DNA from: Eledone cirrhosa
Taxonomy: Eukaryota
Length of the DNA: 64,000 nucleotides
Assembly: GCA_964016885.1 (NCBI GenBank)
Contig: OZ024743.1
Span: 186,001 to 250,000 of the forward strand
Reading direction: 5' to 3'
Below, piece by piece: positions 1 through 16,112 of this stretch. Positions within the stretch are counted from its first letter, which is position 1; the number at the start of each line of letters is the position of its first letter. The position numbers and the translations under genes are program-made. The notes under the pieces are model-generated. The model saw nothing but the letters and a program-made list of their open reading frames with translations. It ran no database searches and was not told the origin of the DNA.

Positions 1-321
1 TCCCTAAATAAAATATTTTTTCCTCGCACATATCCTCCCTTCGTTAATTTTCAAAATTTTTAATTTATACAGTATCTTCCAACGGTTTTCAACCTCTCTA
101 TGTAAAAAATATATCTCCTCTCAGTTATAAAAACTATCTCTTTCTCTCTATCACCCATCTCTCCCTCTCATCTCCTTCCCTTTTCATCCTTTCCACCCCC
201 CCCCTCTCTAAATAAAATATTTTTCCCAATATCACACATCAATCTAAAACCACTTTTCATATGTTGATTTAAAGCTGCACTATCCACAAGTGTTTTTTAG
301 CCTTCATATCATGTTCTCCTG

Positions 322-388
322 TTTTATCTGATGAAAACACAAATAGTATTGCATGATGATGTTTGTTTTTGAAATGCGCATAATAAAA
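322..388 (+). ncRNA. Minimal type I hammerhead ribozyme (Penelope-like pLTR type)
   Basis: UUUUAU-CUGAUGA-[AAAC...GUUUUU stem II]-GAAA-UGCGCA-UA|AUAAAA: 6-bp stem I and a palindromic stem III hexamer. Confidence 0.75.
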
Positions 389-420
389 TATATGGAACTC
401 CTTTAACCATCTTTTGATCT

Positions 421-450
<30 letters not shown>

Positions 451-451
<1 letters not shown>

Positions 452-888
452 CAATATATTAACAAATGGAAACTATATTTATAAAACCATATTTATTTCA
501 TTATACATATTTCAAGGGCCACCGAGGCAAATTATGGTGCGCTTTCATCAGATGAAATATAATATAGGTTAGTTTTATAAATAAATATTGACATACCCTG
601 AAAAAATGCAACCATTCTGGTTGGAATCTCCCGGAGATTCCAATCAGAATGGTTGCATTTTTTCAGGCTATGTCAATATTTATAAAACTAACCTATATTA
701 TATCTGATGAAAGCGCACCATAATTTGCCTTGGTGGCCCTTGAAATATGTATAATGAAATAAATATGGTTTTATAAATATAGTTTCCATTTGATAATATA
801 TTGTATATTTACTCCAATAATTTGTTGAGTGCTTTGTATCAGTTATAAAAATATTTTGCTTGTTGTATCCCAACAAATTAAATATAAC

Positions 889-890
<2 letters not shown>
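451..890. mobile_element. Fold-back element family A (palindrome 451-804, centre ~632) with a hammerhead in each arm
   Basis: Near-perfect ~175-bp arms. Minus-strand HHR at 495-558: AUUUCAU-CUGAUGA-stemII-GAAA-UAUGUA-UA|AUGAAAU. Plus-strand copy at ~700-760. Flanked by (TA)n and (CA)n. Confidence 0.8.
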
Positions 891-974
<84 letters not shown>

Positions 975-1025
975 ATTTCTAATGAATGAAACAGTTCTAG
1001 TCCTGTAGAATCTCTTCTATATTAA

Positions 1026-1100
<75 letters not shown>

Positions 1101-1273
1101 TAGATACATATAACCAAGAATTCCTGTCTGATGACCTTGTGATAAACAGACGAAGCTCCAGAGTAACAAGACTCACTATTTAGCCTTAATAAAATGACAT
1201 GCTTATATATATATACAAATATATATCTACATATGTACACACATACACACACATACACACACACACATATGTG

Positions 1274-1342
<69 letters not shown>

Positions 1343-1381
1343 GTGTGTGTGTGTGTGAGTATACATATGTAGATATATATT

Positions 1382-1461
<80 letters not shown>

Positions 1462-1738
1462 TATGTATATATATGTGTGTGTGTGTGTATGTACGTATAT
1501 ATATATACAAAGTAGATGAATAAAGAAGAATTGAGAAAATTTGAAATTTGAAACCTGTGCGTCCCAACGCAAATAACTATAATAATAGTTGAAAAAAATT
1601 GGATGAAGTAAATCTGGCGACGGCAAAATGGAGTCAGAGGCTCCCCACCTTAAGTTTTTCTGTCTCCAGAGGTGTCTTCCCGACTTCTCAACTATTTTTA
1701 ATAGTGATCATCATTTACGTTGGGACGCACACATATCA

Positions 1739-1827
<89 letters not shown>

Positions 1828-1875
1828 CATTATATATATATATGTATATATATATGTATATGTATATATATATTT

Positions 1876-1936
<61 letters not shown>

Positions 1937-2489
1937 ATATATATGTATATATGTATATATATTTAAATAATAAAGTAACCACTTTTCAAAAAAAGTACTC
2001 AATACGCTGAATATAATTACTTTTATTTGAATGCTGGCTCTACAATTGAACCCAGCATTTGAATTTCCAGTTAGAATTCTCTATACGAGCCGAATATAGT
2101 TGAAAACCCAGTGTAATATGTTTTGTATAATATTTCAAAAAAATACACACACACACACAAACACACACGCGCGCGCGCGCACACACACATAATTTTTCTC
2201 TCCCTCTTTTCCCTTCATTCTCTGTGAGTCTCACTTCAGAACATACCTTCAACAGCTTAAATGGAGCAGTAGAATATATTTATTTCATTTTATATATTTT
2301 GTCTTTGTTGAAGAAATCTTGTCGTTCCAAATACTTCAGCAGCTTGATATATTGTACTGCTCAATGCTCCTATACGAGTAGTACACCTCTTACACATACA
2401 TACACACACACACATACACACACGCACATACACACACATACATACACACACACACATACACACACGCACATACACACACATACACGCAC

Positions 2490-2556
<67 letters not shown>

Positions 2557-2627
2557 CCATGAAAGAGAATGAGAGAGAGAGGAATACACACACATTCATG
2601 CAAGCGTGCGCACTCACACACACTCAC

Positions 2628-2682
<55 letters not shown>

Positions 2683-2875
2683 TGAAATTCTTTAATTATA
2701 ATATGCGCATGAATTTGTGAGCGCCAAGCTGGGTTGATGTCGTTGTTATTGTTGTTTAATCACAGGTCAGCCCTGATATCGAGCAGACCATCGCTGGCAA
2801 TTATTCCAGCTGTGACCTCACCATCTTTTATTTAGATATAAAGCTTCTAGAACAACATTATTCAGTATGTCCTAG

Positions 2876-3065
2876 GGCGGTGGATTGGCAGTATCGGGAG
2901 AGAGTCGGACGCCATGCTTTCTAGCATAGTTAAGTCCCCTTACAGTCTGAGTTCAAATCCCGTCGAGGTTAACTTTGCTTTTCATCCTTACGGGGTCGAT
3001 AAAATAAAGTACCAGTAATGTTACTGGGTAATTGCTGGCTTTGTGCCTAAAGTACGAAACAATTA
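2876..3065 (+). mobile_element. tRNA-derived SINE, dominant family (representative copy)
   Basis: A box tggcagtatcgg, B box gagttcaaatcc, body ctttcatccttacggggtcgataaaataaagtaccagt, tail gaaacaattatt. Other copies at about 5095-5300, 5316-5508, 6125-6315(-), 9140-9292, 10262-10440(-), 10471-10558, 14170-14335(-), 19477-19657, 40500-40818(-), 44427-44530, 51683-51870(-), 52925-53140, 53890-54185(-), 54980-55140(-) and 61513-61650(-), plus many decayed copies. Confidence 0.88.
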
Positions 3066-4344
3066 TTCAGTATGTCCTTGAACTATTTGTAGAAGGTTTC
3101 TATGATCTCATTAATACAATGTCTATGTTTTTAAACGACAGAAAGCGACCAATCTGACTTATGATCGATAGCATTCCAGCCATGACCACTCCACCATTTA
3201 TTCATAACGCTATTTCTTTCAATTTATTCTCGATAATACATATATGTATGTGTGATCCCGTAAGTTCTGATAGGAGTCCGTAGGGGCACCGTATTGACAT
3301 ACGGCATTTTCTTGGTCGTTTTAAGGTCGGTGCAAGCGCATCCCTTTTCAAGTACAGCAGATTTCGTCCAGAGAAAGATAGAAAGTGAGAGAGAGGAAAT
3401 GACAAAGAATTATAGAGGAAGAATCGACCCCAGCAGTAGACTGGTACTTTTCCTATTGACCTTGAAAGGTTGAAAGGCATAGTTGACTTCGGCGGAATTT
3501 GAACTCAGAGAGCAGAGAGCCGGAACGAATAAGATAAAGCATTCGACGTTGTAGCGACTCTGCCAATTCACTGCCAAAAACGAACGATCGATGTTCGTCA
3601 AATCGGACCGAGGAAACAATGTTTCCATTGGTCTTTCCAGTTGCTAATACTATCAATCGGTCGCAACTCCAGGTAGAAGGAGCAACGTGAAGTAAAGTGT
3701 CTTGCTCAAGGACATAACGTAGGCGTACTTTATTCAATGTGTTTTTCAATTTTTTAAAGTCAGGCTGGCCTAATTTGGTGGAGATGTAGCTGTTATTTCT
3801 AGCAGATCAAGCTATTGCATAGAAGACTCCTTATTGACTTGCATGTGGGTACATACATATATATATATACATGAATACATACATACCCAAACACACAGGA
3901 ACACACGCATACACATACACGCGTGCACACACACAAGCACACACAGGCATACACACACAAGCACACACAGGCACACACAGGCACACACACACAAGCACAC
4001 ACACGCACACGCACACAGGCACACATATACATATATATAGACAAACCAATTAGTTTACGACGATATTGATAAATTTGAAAATTTGAGATATATTTACTTT
4101 TCGTGTGAAAAGCTGCCACAATGCATATATTTGCGATAAAATTGTCGAATAAATGTGGTAAATTACACTTGGTGATGGAAAAAAGAGGGATAAAGTGACT
4201 TGCGGTAATTGATCTTCGCATCTGTCGCATTTGTCACGGCTACGATTGGTATGTGATGGTTATTGTCTCCAAGGGTAGGTTACCAGATTTATTTGCCTAT
4301 TTTATAGTCAATATATGTATATATATTGTCAATATATATATAGT

Positions 4345-4381
<37 letters not shown>

Positions 4382-4426
4382 GAAGAGATATTTAATTAAA
4401 TATATATATATATATATATATACATA

Positions 4427-4512
4427 TAGGGTGTCCCCCAAAAATGTATACACACATTGATTACCTGTACATGCAATATTAGAATGGTGTATACATTTTT
4501 TGGGGACTCCTT
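4427..4512. mobile_element. Tc1/mariner-like MITE remnant
   Basis: Terminal inverted repeats agggtgtcccccaaaaatgtatacac / gtgtatacattttttggggactcct. A related half copy lies at ~57210-57248. Confidence 0.55.
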
Positions 4513-4623
4513 GGACATATATATGTGTGTGTGTCTGTGTGTATGTGTGTGTGTGTTTAATTTATATCAAGGCACTGTAAGATATAATCCCCGCATCCAC
4601 CAAACGGTTATGGCAAAAACTAA

Positions 4624-4654
<31 letters not shown>

Positions 4655-5315
4655 ATGGAAAAAAAACATAGAAAAAGAACAACTAGAACGAAGTGAAACA
4701 ACAAAACTTTGCTCGATTCATTGTTTGATGGAACGAAACGAGTGGTATTATTAAAACAGCCCAGACAAAACATAAAATCGCGAGGGTAACTGCGTGAAAA
4801 TTAGCTGCAACGAAGCATGGAAATAAAGGAATAAAAGAAAACATCAAAACAAGCAAAAAAGAAACATACAAAGTAACCAAAAAAAAAAAGGAAATAAAGA
4901 ATAGATATATCAGTAAACAACAAGCATTGATGGAAAAACACAAACCAGGGAAATACTTCATTTTGTTTTGTGTCATTCATTACACTCTAGATCTTTGAAA
5001 TGTGACGTGAAATGAGGTATATATTAATATATATGTTTATATATTGTTTTATAATATATGAATTTCATGTATTATTGTAGTCATATCGAGGTGCTGGGTT
5101 GGCTGTATCGGTAGAGCGGCGGACATTATGCTTTGCGAAAATATAGTTAGGTACCTTTATATTCCGAGTTCACATCCCGCTCAGATCGGCTTTGCCTTTC
5201 ATCCTTACGGAGTCGATAAGATAAAGCAGTAACGCACTGAGGTCGATTTAATCGAACCACCCTTCAAATTGTTGGCATTGAGCCGAAATCAGAAACCATT
5301 ATTATATCCATATAA

Positions 5316-5508
5316 TGGCGGTGAACTGGCAGTATCGGTAGAGAGTCGGATGCCATGCTTTCCAGCATAGTTACATCCCTTTACGGTCTGAGTTCAAATC
5401 CCGCCGAGGTTCACTTTGTCTTTCATCCTTACGAGGTCGATAAAATAAAGTACCAGTAATGCACTGGGTAATTGCTGGCCTTGTGCCAAAAGTAGAAACA
5501 ATTATTAT
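5316..5508 (+). mobile_element. tRNA-derived SINE, dominant family
   Basis: Complete copy with A/B boxes and the shared body. Confidence 0.85.
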
Positions 5509-5599
5509 ATCCATATCTATCAATTAATCTGTTTTCTCTCACTCTCTCTCTCTCTCTCTCTCTGTATATATATATGCACACACACACGCACACATACAC

Positions 5600-5683
<84 letters not shown>

Positions 5684-5975
5684 AGATAGAGAGAGAGAAG
5701 TATAATAGATGCATCTATTTATGCATCTAAAACAACATATAAACTGTAAAATCTATCTACCTACTTATCTTTTTATCTGTCTATTTATATATATATTTAC
5801 AAATGTATCTATCGTCGGTCAAAAACAACATTTACAACAACATATTCAAAATTCTCTCAATTGAAGAAACAGATTTCATTTGATAATAACACTCTGATAA
5901 TATCCACTGGATCGAGAGCTATCCATAGTTGTCACTTACCTGTCAAGAAATATATATATATATGTGTATATGTAC

Positions 5976-6026
<51 letters not shown>

Positions 6027-7747
6027 GTGTGTGTGTGCTGTAAATATGTTATTTATCCATTTAATACATTCGATTTTAAGCCTGGCAATCAACACTCCCT
6101 GCTCTGAAGCATTTCCCCATACAAATAATTGTTTCTACTTTTGGCACAAGGCCAGCAATTACCCAGTACATTACTGGTACTTTATTTTATCGACCCCGTA
6201 AGGATGAAAGGCAAAGTTAACCTCGGCGGGATTTGAACTCAGACCGTAAAGGGGCGTAACTATGCTGGAAAGCATGGTGTCCGACTCTCTACCAATACTG
6301 CCAATCCACCGCCCTAATTTCCCGATATAAATAGTGGAACGTTTTATATTTGAGTATTTCACCAATTTCTGATAATAGCAATAATGGTGATTTCCTTAAT
6401 ATATTAGGTGCGATAGAATGGAAATACTTGATTATATGGACCTGACCTGCAATAATTTTACCGAACTTGGAATTCGGCAAAAATTGAGAAATTGAGAAAT
6501 AATAATGAATTTCCTATTGAGTTTTGTCTTCTATCTTTAATAATAAGTATAATAGTATTGATTTCTTACCCGGACACAAGGCTAAAATTTACTAGAAGGC
6601 ACAGGGGATTATATCGACTAACATTACTTAATTGATACTTTAGTCTATTGACTTTGGAAGGATGAAAATCAAAGTTGATCCTAGATGGATTTGAACACCG
6701 GAAGAGTAAATCCGCTTCCGTAAAAATTAGCGGTTTTGTATCAAATATAGAGATATCAAGAATATGGTTATGTGGTGATAGAGAAGGTAGCTTGGCATAC
6801 TAAATATCTTGCAGTTTATATACATTCGTCTTCCTACGTTTTGAAATTAAATCCCCACGGAAATGATTTTCACTACCACCCACACGAGATCGATAACATT
6901 TGTACCATTCAATGTTTTGTATTTATTTGTTCTGGAAAATTAAAGAAATCATGATTATTCATTATCATTATTTTGTTGACCTATGAGGGCGGTGGATTGG
7001 AGGAATCGTTAAAGCTGCGGACAGATTGCTTTATATTCTGTGTTCAAATCCCCACGAAGTCCCTTATGGGTCAATAAAAGAAAGTACCAGTAAAGTATTG
7101 GAGTTGAATAACAGAAGGATTGGCTGAATTGTTGGAAATTGCACTCAGAAATTGGGACGGGCAAGACTAAATACTGAAAGGCATTTAGTCCTGCATTTAG
7201 TACTGAGTAAAACACCGAATGCCTCGGCCACTATCAGTATTTAATTAGTATTTAATCTTTCGACGTTGGACGGATGAAAGATAAAATCTTAAACATTGGT
7301 AGGATTTAAAATCTGATATGAAAAAGGCGTAACTGAATATTACAATATCGCAAAACATTTAATCCGCTAGCCTACACATTCTGATATACCCAGCTCTCTC
7401 AGTATTGATTTCCTATACAGACACAAGGTTTCAAATCTGAGGGATAGGTGTAGTCGGTTGTATTGACTCTATTAAAACGTTTCATCGACACAGGAAAGAC
7501 GAAAGAAAAATTGACCTCACTGGAATTTTAATTCAGCACATAAATGTAGGAAGCTAGATCAAATATGACATATGATCTGCCGTTTTATGAATTCTGCAAT
7601 ATACTGTCGTTTGACTATATTCACAACACGTAGTCTCGGGAAATTCCCACCCACCGATAAAACATTTGAGGTTTTTAGTGAGGAAATTGTTTTTAGATTG
7701 AAAAAATATTTTCATTATTTCCAAATTCCTCCACCTCCTCCTCCCAT

Positions 7748-8019
7748 TCTTCTTCTTCTTCTTCTTCTTCTTCTTCTTCTTCTTCTTCTTCTTCTTCTTC
7801 TTCTTCTTCTTCTTCTTCTTCTTCTTCTTCTTCTTCTTCTTCTTCTTCTTCTTCTTCTTCTTCTTCTTCTTCTTCTTCTTCTTCTTCTTCTTCTTCTTCT
7901 TCTTCTTCTTCTTCTTCTTCTTCTTCTTCTTCTTCTTCTTCTTCTTCTTCTTCTTCTTCTTCTTCTTCTTCTTCTTCTTCTTCTTCTTCTTCTTCTTCTT
8001 CTTCTTCTTCTTCTTCTTC
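7748..8019. repeat. Pure (CTT)n/(AAG)n microsatellite, about 90 units
   Basis: Directly visible. It lies at the 3' side of the RTE fragment, consistent with an expanded tail. Confidence 0.95.
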
Positions 8020-8645
8020 TAGTGCCTCCTATCCGTTTGTTTTACTCGTAAAATCTGTCCAGCAATTCTTTCCTGAAACATTCTAATCCCGTGCCCATAA
8101 TATCGCAGCTGTGATCCCTCAATTCGGAGAAGCACCGGCTCTATCTTCGAATATTCTTGAATACGACCCCGCGATACTTGAACTTCTCCACCTGCTTCAG
8201 TGAAACCCCATTTACATATAGTGTGCACTGCGCAGGTTTCCTTGAGAGGATGGGTGTGTCAGTTTTCGCAACACTAATTTTCATTCCAGCCATGCAGCCT
8301 TTGGCATCAAACCTATCAATTGAAAGTCGAAGATCACCTTCTATCGGGTTAAGTAATACCATATCGTCAGCAAATAACAGCCGACTGAATTTACACCTAC
8401 CAGTCGTAATAAGCCGGCTGCGCATGAAAATAATGAACAGGAGAAGCGACAGTACGCACCCTTGGCAGAGTTCGATTCCCATATTGAATTGTTGCGATTT
8501 AGCACGATTTATCTTAACACAAATACTCGAACATTCATATAGAGACATCTGGGCACCAAGAAGCTGACCATTGATCCGATACTTCTGCAGAGCCCTCCAC
8601 AGCAGATCACGTGGAACGCGTCATGTGTCTTTTTGAGGTCTACAA
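8020..8645 (-). mobile_element. Degenerate RTE-like LINE reverse transcriptase fragment
   Basis: QGCVLSLLLFIIFM..LLFADDMVLL..GMKISVAKT..QVEKFKYRGVVF, with frameshifts and deletions. It adjoins the (AAG)n array. Confidence 0.8.
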
Positions 8646-9804
8646 ATGAAGGATTTGCTAGAAGTATTTTCATTAAAATTGATTTAAAAGATGATAGTGT
8701 TAAATTAATATAATCATCCCCATCATCCTTTTACATCCACATTCCTGCTGGCACGGGTTGGACGGATTGTAACGTTCCGAAAACAGATTGGTGAACGTGA
8801 TCTCATTATATTGGTCATGGTTTCTACGGCTAAATGCCATTCTTATAAAACCGTTAATGTTGTACAATGAATTGTGATGTATGCAAGATATATGCAGGTG
8901 TATTTAGCATGCCCTTGTGTCAAGCTAAGCCATGTGACTCGAATTGCGTAGACGGAAACTGTCGGATGGATTGACCCTGTAATTTAAAGGTCCAGCCTTA
9001 CTACATATAGTGTTAGGTTGATTCAGTTTGGCAATTACGTTAAGGGTGCACAACCACTTACACGTTAATCCAAAAGCTGGACGTTCAGTTGATCGAACAA
9101 CTGAATATTCATCGTCAAAACCGAAGAAATATTCATTATGGATTGGCAATATCAGTAGAAGGTCGTATGCCATGCTTTGCAGCATAGAGTTACGGCCCTT
9201 TGTGAGTAGAGTTCAAATCCCGCCAAGGTTAACTTTTCCTTTCATCCTTACGGGGATAATTGCTGGCCTTGTGCCAAAAGAAGAAACAATTATACAAGAC
9301 TACTTTTTTATCATATGCATGTGCGTTGGCTGTGTGTGGGAATTAGGCGGGTGAAACTCGGTAGGCACTTTATTTCGACGCTCTACCGTTTCTGGTACTC
9401 ACCACGTGTTATTAGTTGTTGTTGTTCAGTATAATCCAACCTGTTTGATAAGTGCTATAATCAAGGGCATTCCAGTCGTGATCATTCCATCTTTTTATTT
9501 ATAAAAGAAAAACTACACTGTATACTTATTTTCATTCATTTTTATGGTTTAGCAGATTGTGTGGTAAATTTAATTCAAAATATAATATCTACTCGAATCA
9601 TTTAAAGAAATTTTAAACAGTACAGCTTAGTTCTGAAACAGATGGAAAATAAATGCTTGTGAATGCCAGTTTCTGGAATGTTTTATTTCCAGAAAATCTG
9701 GCATCTATTACCAACAGCTAGGTGAACAGAGAAAATACAGAATGCCCAGACACACAGCGAGACGCCATTATGTGGATTTAAATCCACAACGCATGAGTAG
9801 AGTG

Positions 9805-9860
<56 letters not shown>

Positions 9861-9949
9861 TATGTATATGTATCGATATGTAAAATCCCGATTTCGACGC
9901 CAAGCTGTTACGGCTTGTGTGTCCAGCAGACTATACGTATATATATATA

Positions 9950-10266
<317 letters not shown>

Positions 10267-11395
10267 TGTTTCTACTTTAGGCCAGCAAATACCCAATGCA
10301 TTACTGGTACTTTATTTTATCGACCCCGTAAGGATGAAAGGCAAAGTTAACCTCGGCGGGATTTGAACTCAGAATGGCAAGGGCCGAAACTTTATGCGTC
10401 AAAGCATGGCGTCCGACCCTCTACCGATACTGCCAATCCAATAATAATAATAATAATAATATATCATTATTGCCTTTCATCCTTACCGGGTCGATAAAAT
10501 AAAGTACCAGTAATGAACTGGGTAATTGCTGGACTTGTGCCAAAAGTAGAAACAATTATCTTTTATTTCTATATCTCAACTATATTCTTCTGATCTAATA
10601 TTGATTTTTTAATTTAGACACAAGGCCAGCTATTTTAAGGCTATCTTGATTAAATCACCTTCAGTACTTGATTGGTATTTCATTTATTGAGCCTGGAAAG
10701 ATGTAAGGAAAAGTTGACCTTGGTGAGATTGCAGTACAGAAAGGAAAGGACCATAACTAAACGCCGCAAAGCAATTCGCCTGCCACTTTACTGATTCTGC
10801 AACTCCGTCATCCTAATGATTTCTAATTTAGACATAAGGCCAGTAATTTATTGGGTGGAGTGAGGTAAAGTCGATTATATAGACCTAGTACTTTACTGGT
10901 ATACTTTACTGATTTTATCGACTCACGAAAACTGTAAGGCAAAGTTGAAACTGGCCGGAATTATCCCAGAACCTATACACCCGGATCAAAAACTGCAAGG
11001 CATTTTATCAGCGACGATATTCTGCGATATTTTCCAGATTTTGTTGCCAAGGATTATCAATGTATCAGTAGCAACATCTATAATGTATTTTACAAGGAAG
11101 TGAAGAAATTACCCTAAATACCAATATCTAGAAATTGATATAAACAGAATGCACAGTGTAAATATAGAAACATTCCACATAATAATGGATGTTTTGAGAA
11201 TTATCAAGAAAGAAAAATGCAGACAAATCACAATCAAAGCTTCATGCCGAAAATAAGAACTACACACTTTTTTTTTATGTAGAATATACTGTCAATGTTG
11301 TAGAAGCATAGAAAATAAAACAGAACGTTGCATGTTACCAAGGCACACAAAGCTGTGCCCGGCTTTGCACGAAAAACACTATAAAAATACAACTA

Positions 11396-11643
11396 TTGAA
11401 TAATAATAACAATATTAATAATAATGACGTTGATGATGATGATGATGATAATGATGACATTAGAGATGATGATGACAGTGATGATGATGATGAGGATAAT
11501 AATAATAATAATAATAGTATCAATAATAATAATAACAAGGATAAAGATTATGATAATAATAATAAGATAAGGATAATGAATATAAATAATGATGATGATG
11601 ATGATGATGATGATCATCATCATCATCATGATCATGATGATGT

Positions 11644-11684
<41 letters not shown>

Positions 11685-11715
11685 GTGGTGATGATGTTGA
11701 TGATGATGATGATGT
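11396..11715. repeat. Compound (AAT)n/(GAT)n/(CAT)n trinucleotide tract
   Basis: Directly visible. Confidence 0.9.
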
Positions 11716-11899
11716 TTTTAAACGAAAGAACTAAGGATTCCAGTAAAACAGAAGCAAAAACAAGGACAAAACAAAATATTTTAAAATGTATAATCGAAGA
11801 AAATTAATTACAACGAAAAATAAGTAAAAATTAATCACGTTATATGGCATTTGGAGAAGTAATAAACATAAAACCATAAAAACACAAAAAAGTCGCTGG

Positions 11900-13700
<1,801 letters not shown>

Positions 13701-14030
13701 TTCTTTCTTAGAGATCGTTCAATTCAAAATTTATTATTTATGTATTGAAGCAAAAAGTCATAATTGTCCGCTAGTAACAAAATCCCTATTGAAATTTTTA
13801 TCCAATAAATTCATCAGATTGTTGATATAGTTAATTATTTTCCTTTTTTCTTTCTTTTCTTTATATTCTGAAATCTCATTAAATCATTATTAATATTACT
13901 ATTTAACGATTATAATTATAATTTCATTTGTAACTATAATTATTATAGTTCGTTTTAAAGTTTATTTATTTGTTCTTGAAAATTGAAATTCAATTTTCAC
14001 AACATATTTTGTAGATTCATCTCGAGTTTT

Positions 14031-14109
14031 TTAAAATCTTCGTCTCGATTGGGCCATTGTCGTTAGGGTAATGATAGCATTGACTTCTTTGTCCACAATG
14101 TCCATGTCA
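14031..14109 (-). CDS. Mkx: Mohawk terminal coding exon (DMDIVDKEVNAIITLTTMAQSRRRF*)
   Basis: Strong acceptor ctaatttctttctctctttctatttttatcaacag| (phase 2). KEVNAIITLTTMAQ resembles the Mkx C-terminal motif KEINAAMALTNLAQ. TAA at 14033-14031. AATAAA on the minus strand near 13961-13970. Confidence 0.75.
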
Positions 14110-14568
14110 CTGTTGATAAAAATAGAAAGAGAGAAAGAAATTAGTTATATACAAATTTACAAGTAAAAGAATTGTATCAACTTTTGGCACAAGGCCAGCA
14201 ATTATCTCAGTGTATTACTGGTGCGTTATTTTTATCATCCTCGTTAACCTCGGCGTGATTTGAACTCAGATCGTAAAGGGCCATAACACTATGCAAAGAA
14301 TGGCGTCCGAACCTCTAGCGATACTGCCAATCCATTGAATATTACTCTATGCATGTGAATTATGTAGTACATATAAATTATACAAAAATACTTAATAGAA
14401 TTTATAAATTGTTTTATCTAAAAATATATATTGCGGTTACCCGCTTTGTATGTTTTTCTTCTATTTTCTCTTCATTACTTTGTTCTTATAAATTCTTAAG
14501 AATGCCTAACGTCTCAGTTGAAGGGCCCCACCCAAAACGTCAGCTTAGAATTGTCTTCACTGCATTAC

Positions 14569-14712
<144 letters not shown>

Positions 14713-14721
14713 ATATATATA

Positions 14722-14799
<78 letters not shown>

Positions 14800-14822
14800 T
14801 ATAAATATATAAATATATATAT

Positions 14823-15217
14823 CCGAAATAAATTTAGTTAAATTAAATTAAAGGAGTCATGTCCGAGACATGCGCCATATCCACTGTAGAATAAGCTCAA
14901 AGATTCCACTGAATAGATCCGAGCATTTTATATCAACTAGAAATTGATTGACATATATATATATATATATAAAATAAACACATGAAACAATCACAGGGGA
15001 TAATTTGTAAAGTGCGTAATCACACACAGCTAGGTAGGTAACTAATTAAAGTTTAACTATATCTTCAAATATAAGGTAATATTTGAAGATCTAGTTAAAC
15101 TTTAATTAGTTATCTACCTAGCTGTGTGTGATTACGCACTTTACAAATTATCCCCTGTGATTGTTTCATGTGTTTATTTTATATATATATATATATATGT
15201 CAATCAATTTCTAGTTT
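14823..15217. mobile_element. Fold-back family E (palindrome ~14935-15217, centre ~15073)
   Basis: About 135-bp near-perfect arms including an internal (TA)n. No hammerhead core recognised. Confidence 0.75.
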
Positions 15218-15283
15218 ATATATATATAGTGAATGCATATGGTGCGTGTGTTTCTTATTGGCAACATGACCCTCCCAAAGTAT

Positions 15284-15367
<84 letters not shown>

Positions 15368-15474
15368 CCACACACCTCGGAAGTTGTTTTTTCGCTAATT
15401 TCCAATAGCCGAAATACGATTCTCGCTAATTTATATTTGTATATATATATATATATATACAATATTGAAAGAAT

Positions 15475-15508
<34 letters not shown>

Positions 15509-15528
15509 ACATATATATATATATATAT

Positions 15529-15900
15529 AAAATACTATCACAACACAACATCGTATGCTAAAATATATTTAAGAACATACATATATGTTCGTATATATCT
15601 ATAAATGCATGCATGTGTGTATGTATATATAAAATATATTTTAGCATACGATGTTGTGTTGTGATAGTATTTTATCTAATCCCGTTTCTTTTTTGAAAAT
15701 AATAAATAAGCATTCTACTCCCTAGAGTGTTATGTATTCAAATTGATCACGTTTTCTAGTTTGCAAATAAAACTCAGCTTGTTTGCTAAGTGTACTAGAC
15801 TTATATACATATTTAGCTTACGTGACTTGTTCAGATGTTTGAAAATTGGGTCCTGCTTTTGTTGTTATACCATGTTATACACACGGGTCATTGTTAATAT
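15529..15900. repeat. Fold-back family F (arms 15529-15571 and ~15636-15675) with tail
   Basis: aaatactatcacaacacaacatcgtatgctaaaatatat and its reverse complement. Confidence 0.6.
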
Positions 15901-16031
15901 TGCTTTATCAGTCAGCCAGTCAGTCAGACACAGTGCTATTGCTATATAAAAATTTCCCCTATCTATCTATCTAAACTTCCCCCTTTGTATTTGTCCCCTT
16001 CTTTTGTGCCCCTGTGGCTAATAAAGAAACA

Positions 16032-16112
<81 letters not shown>

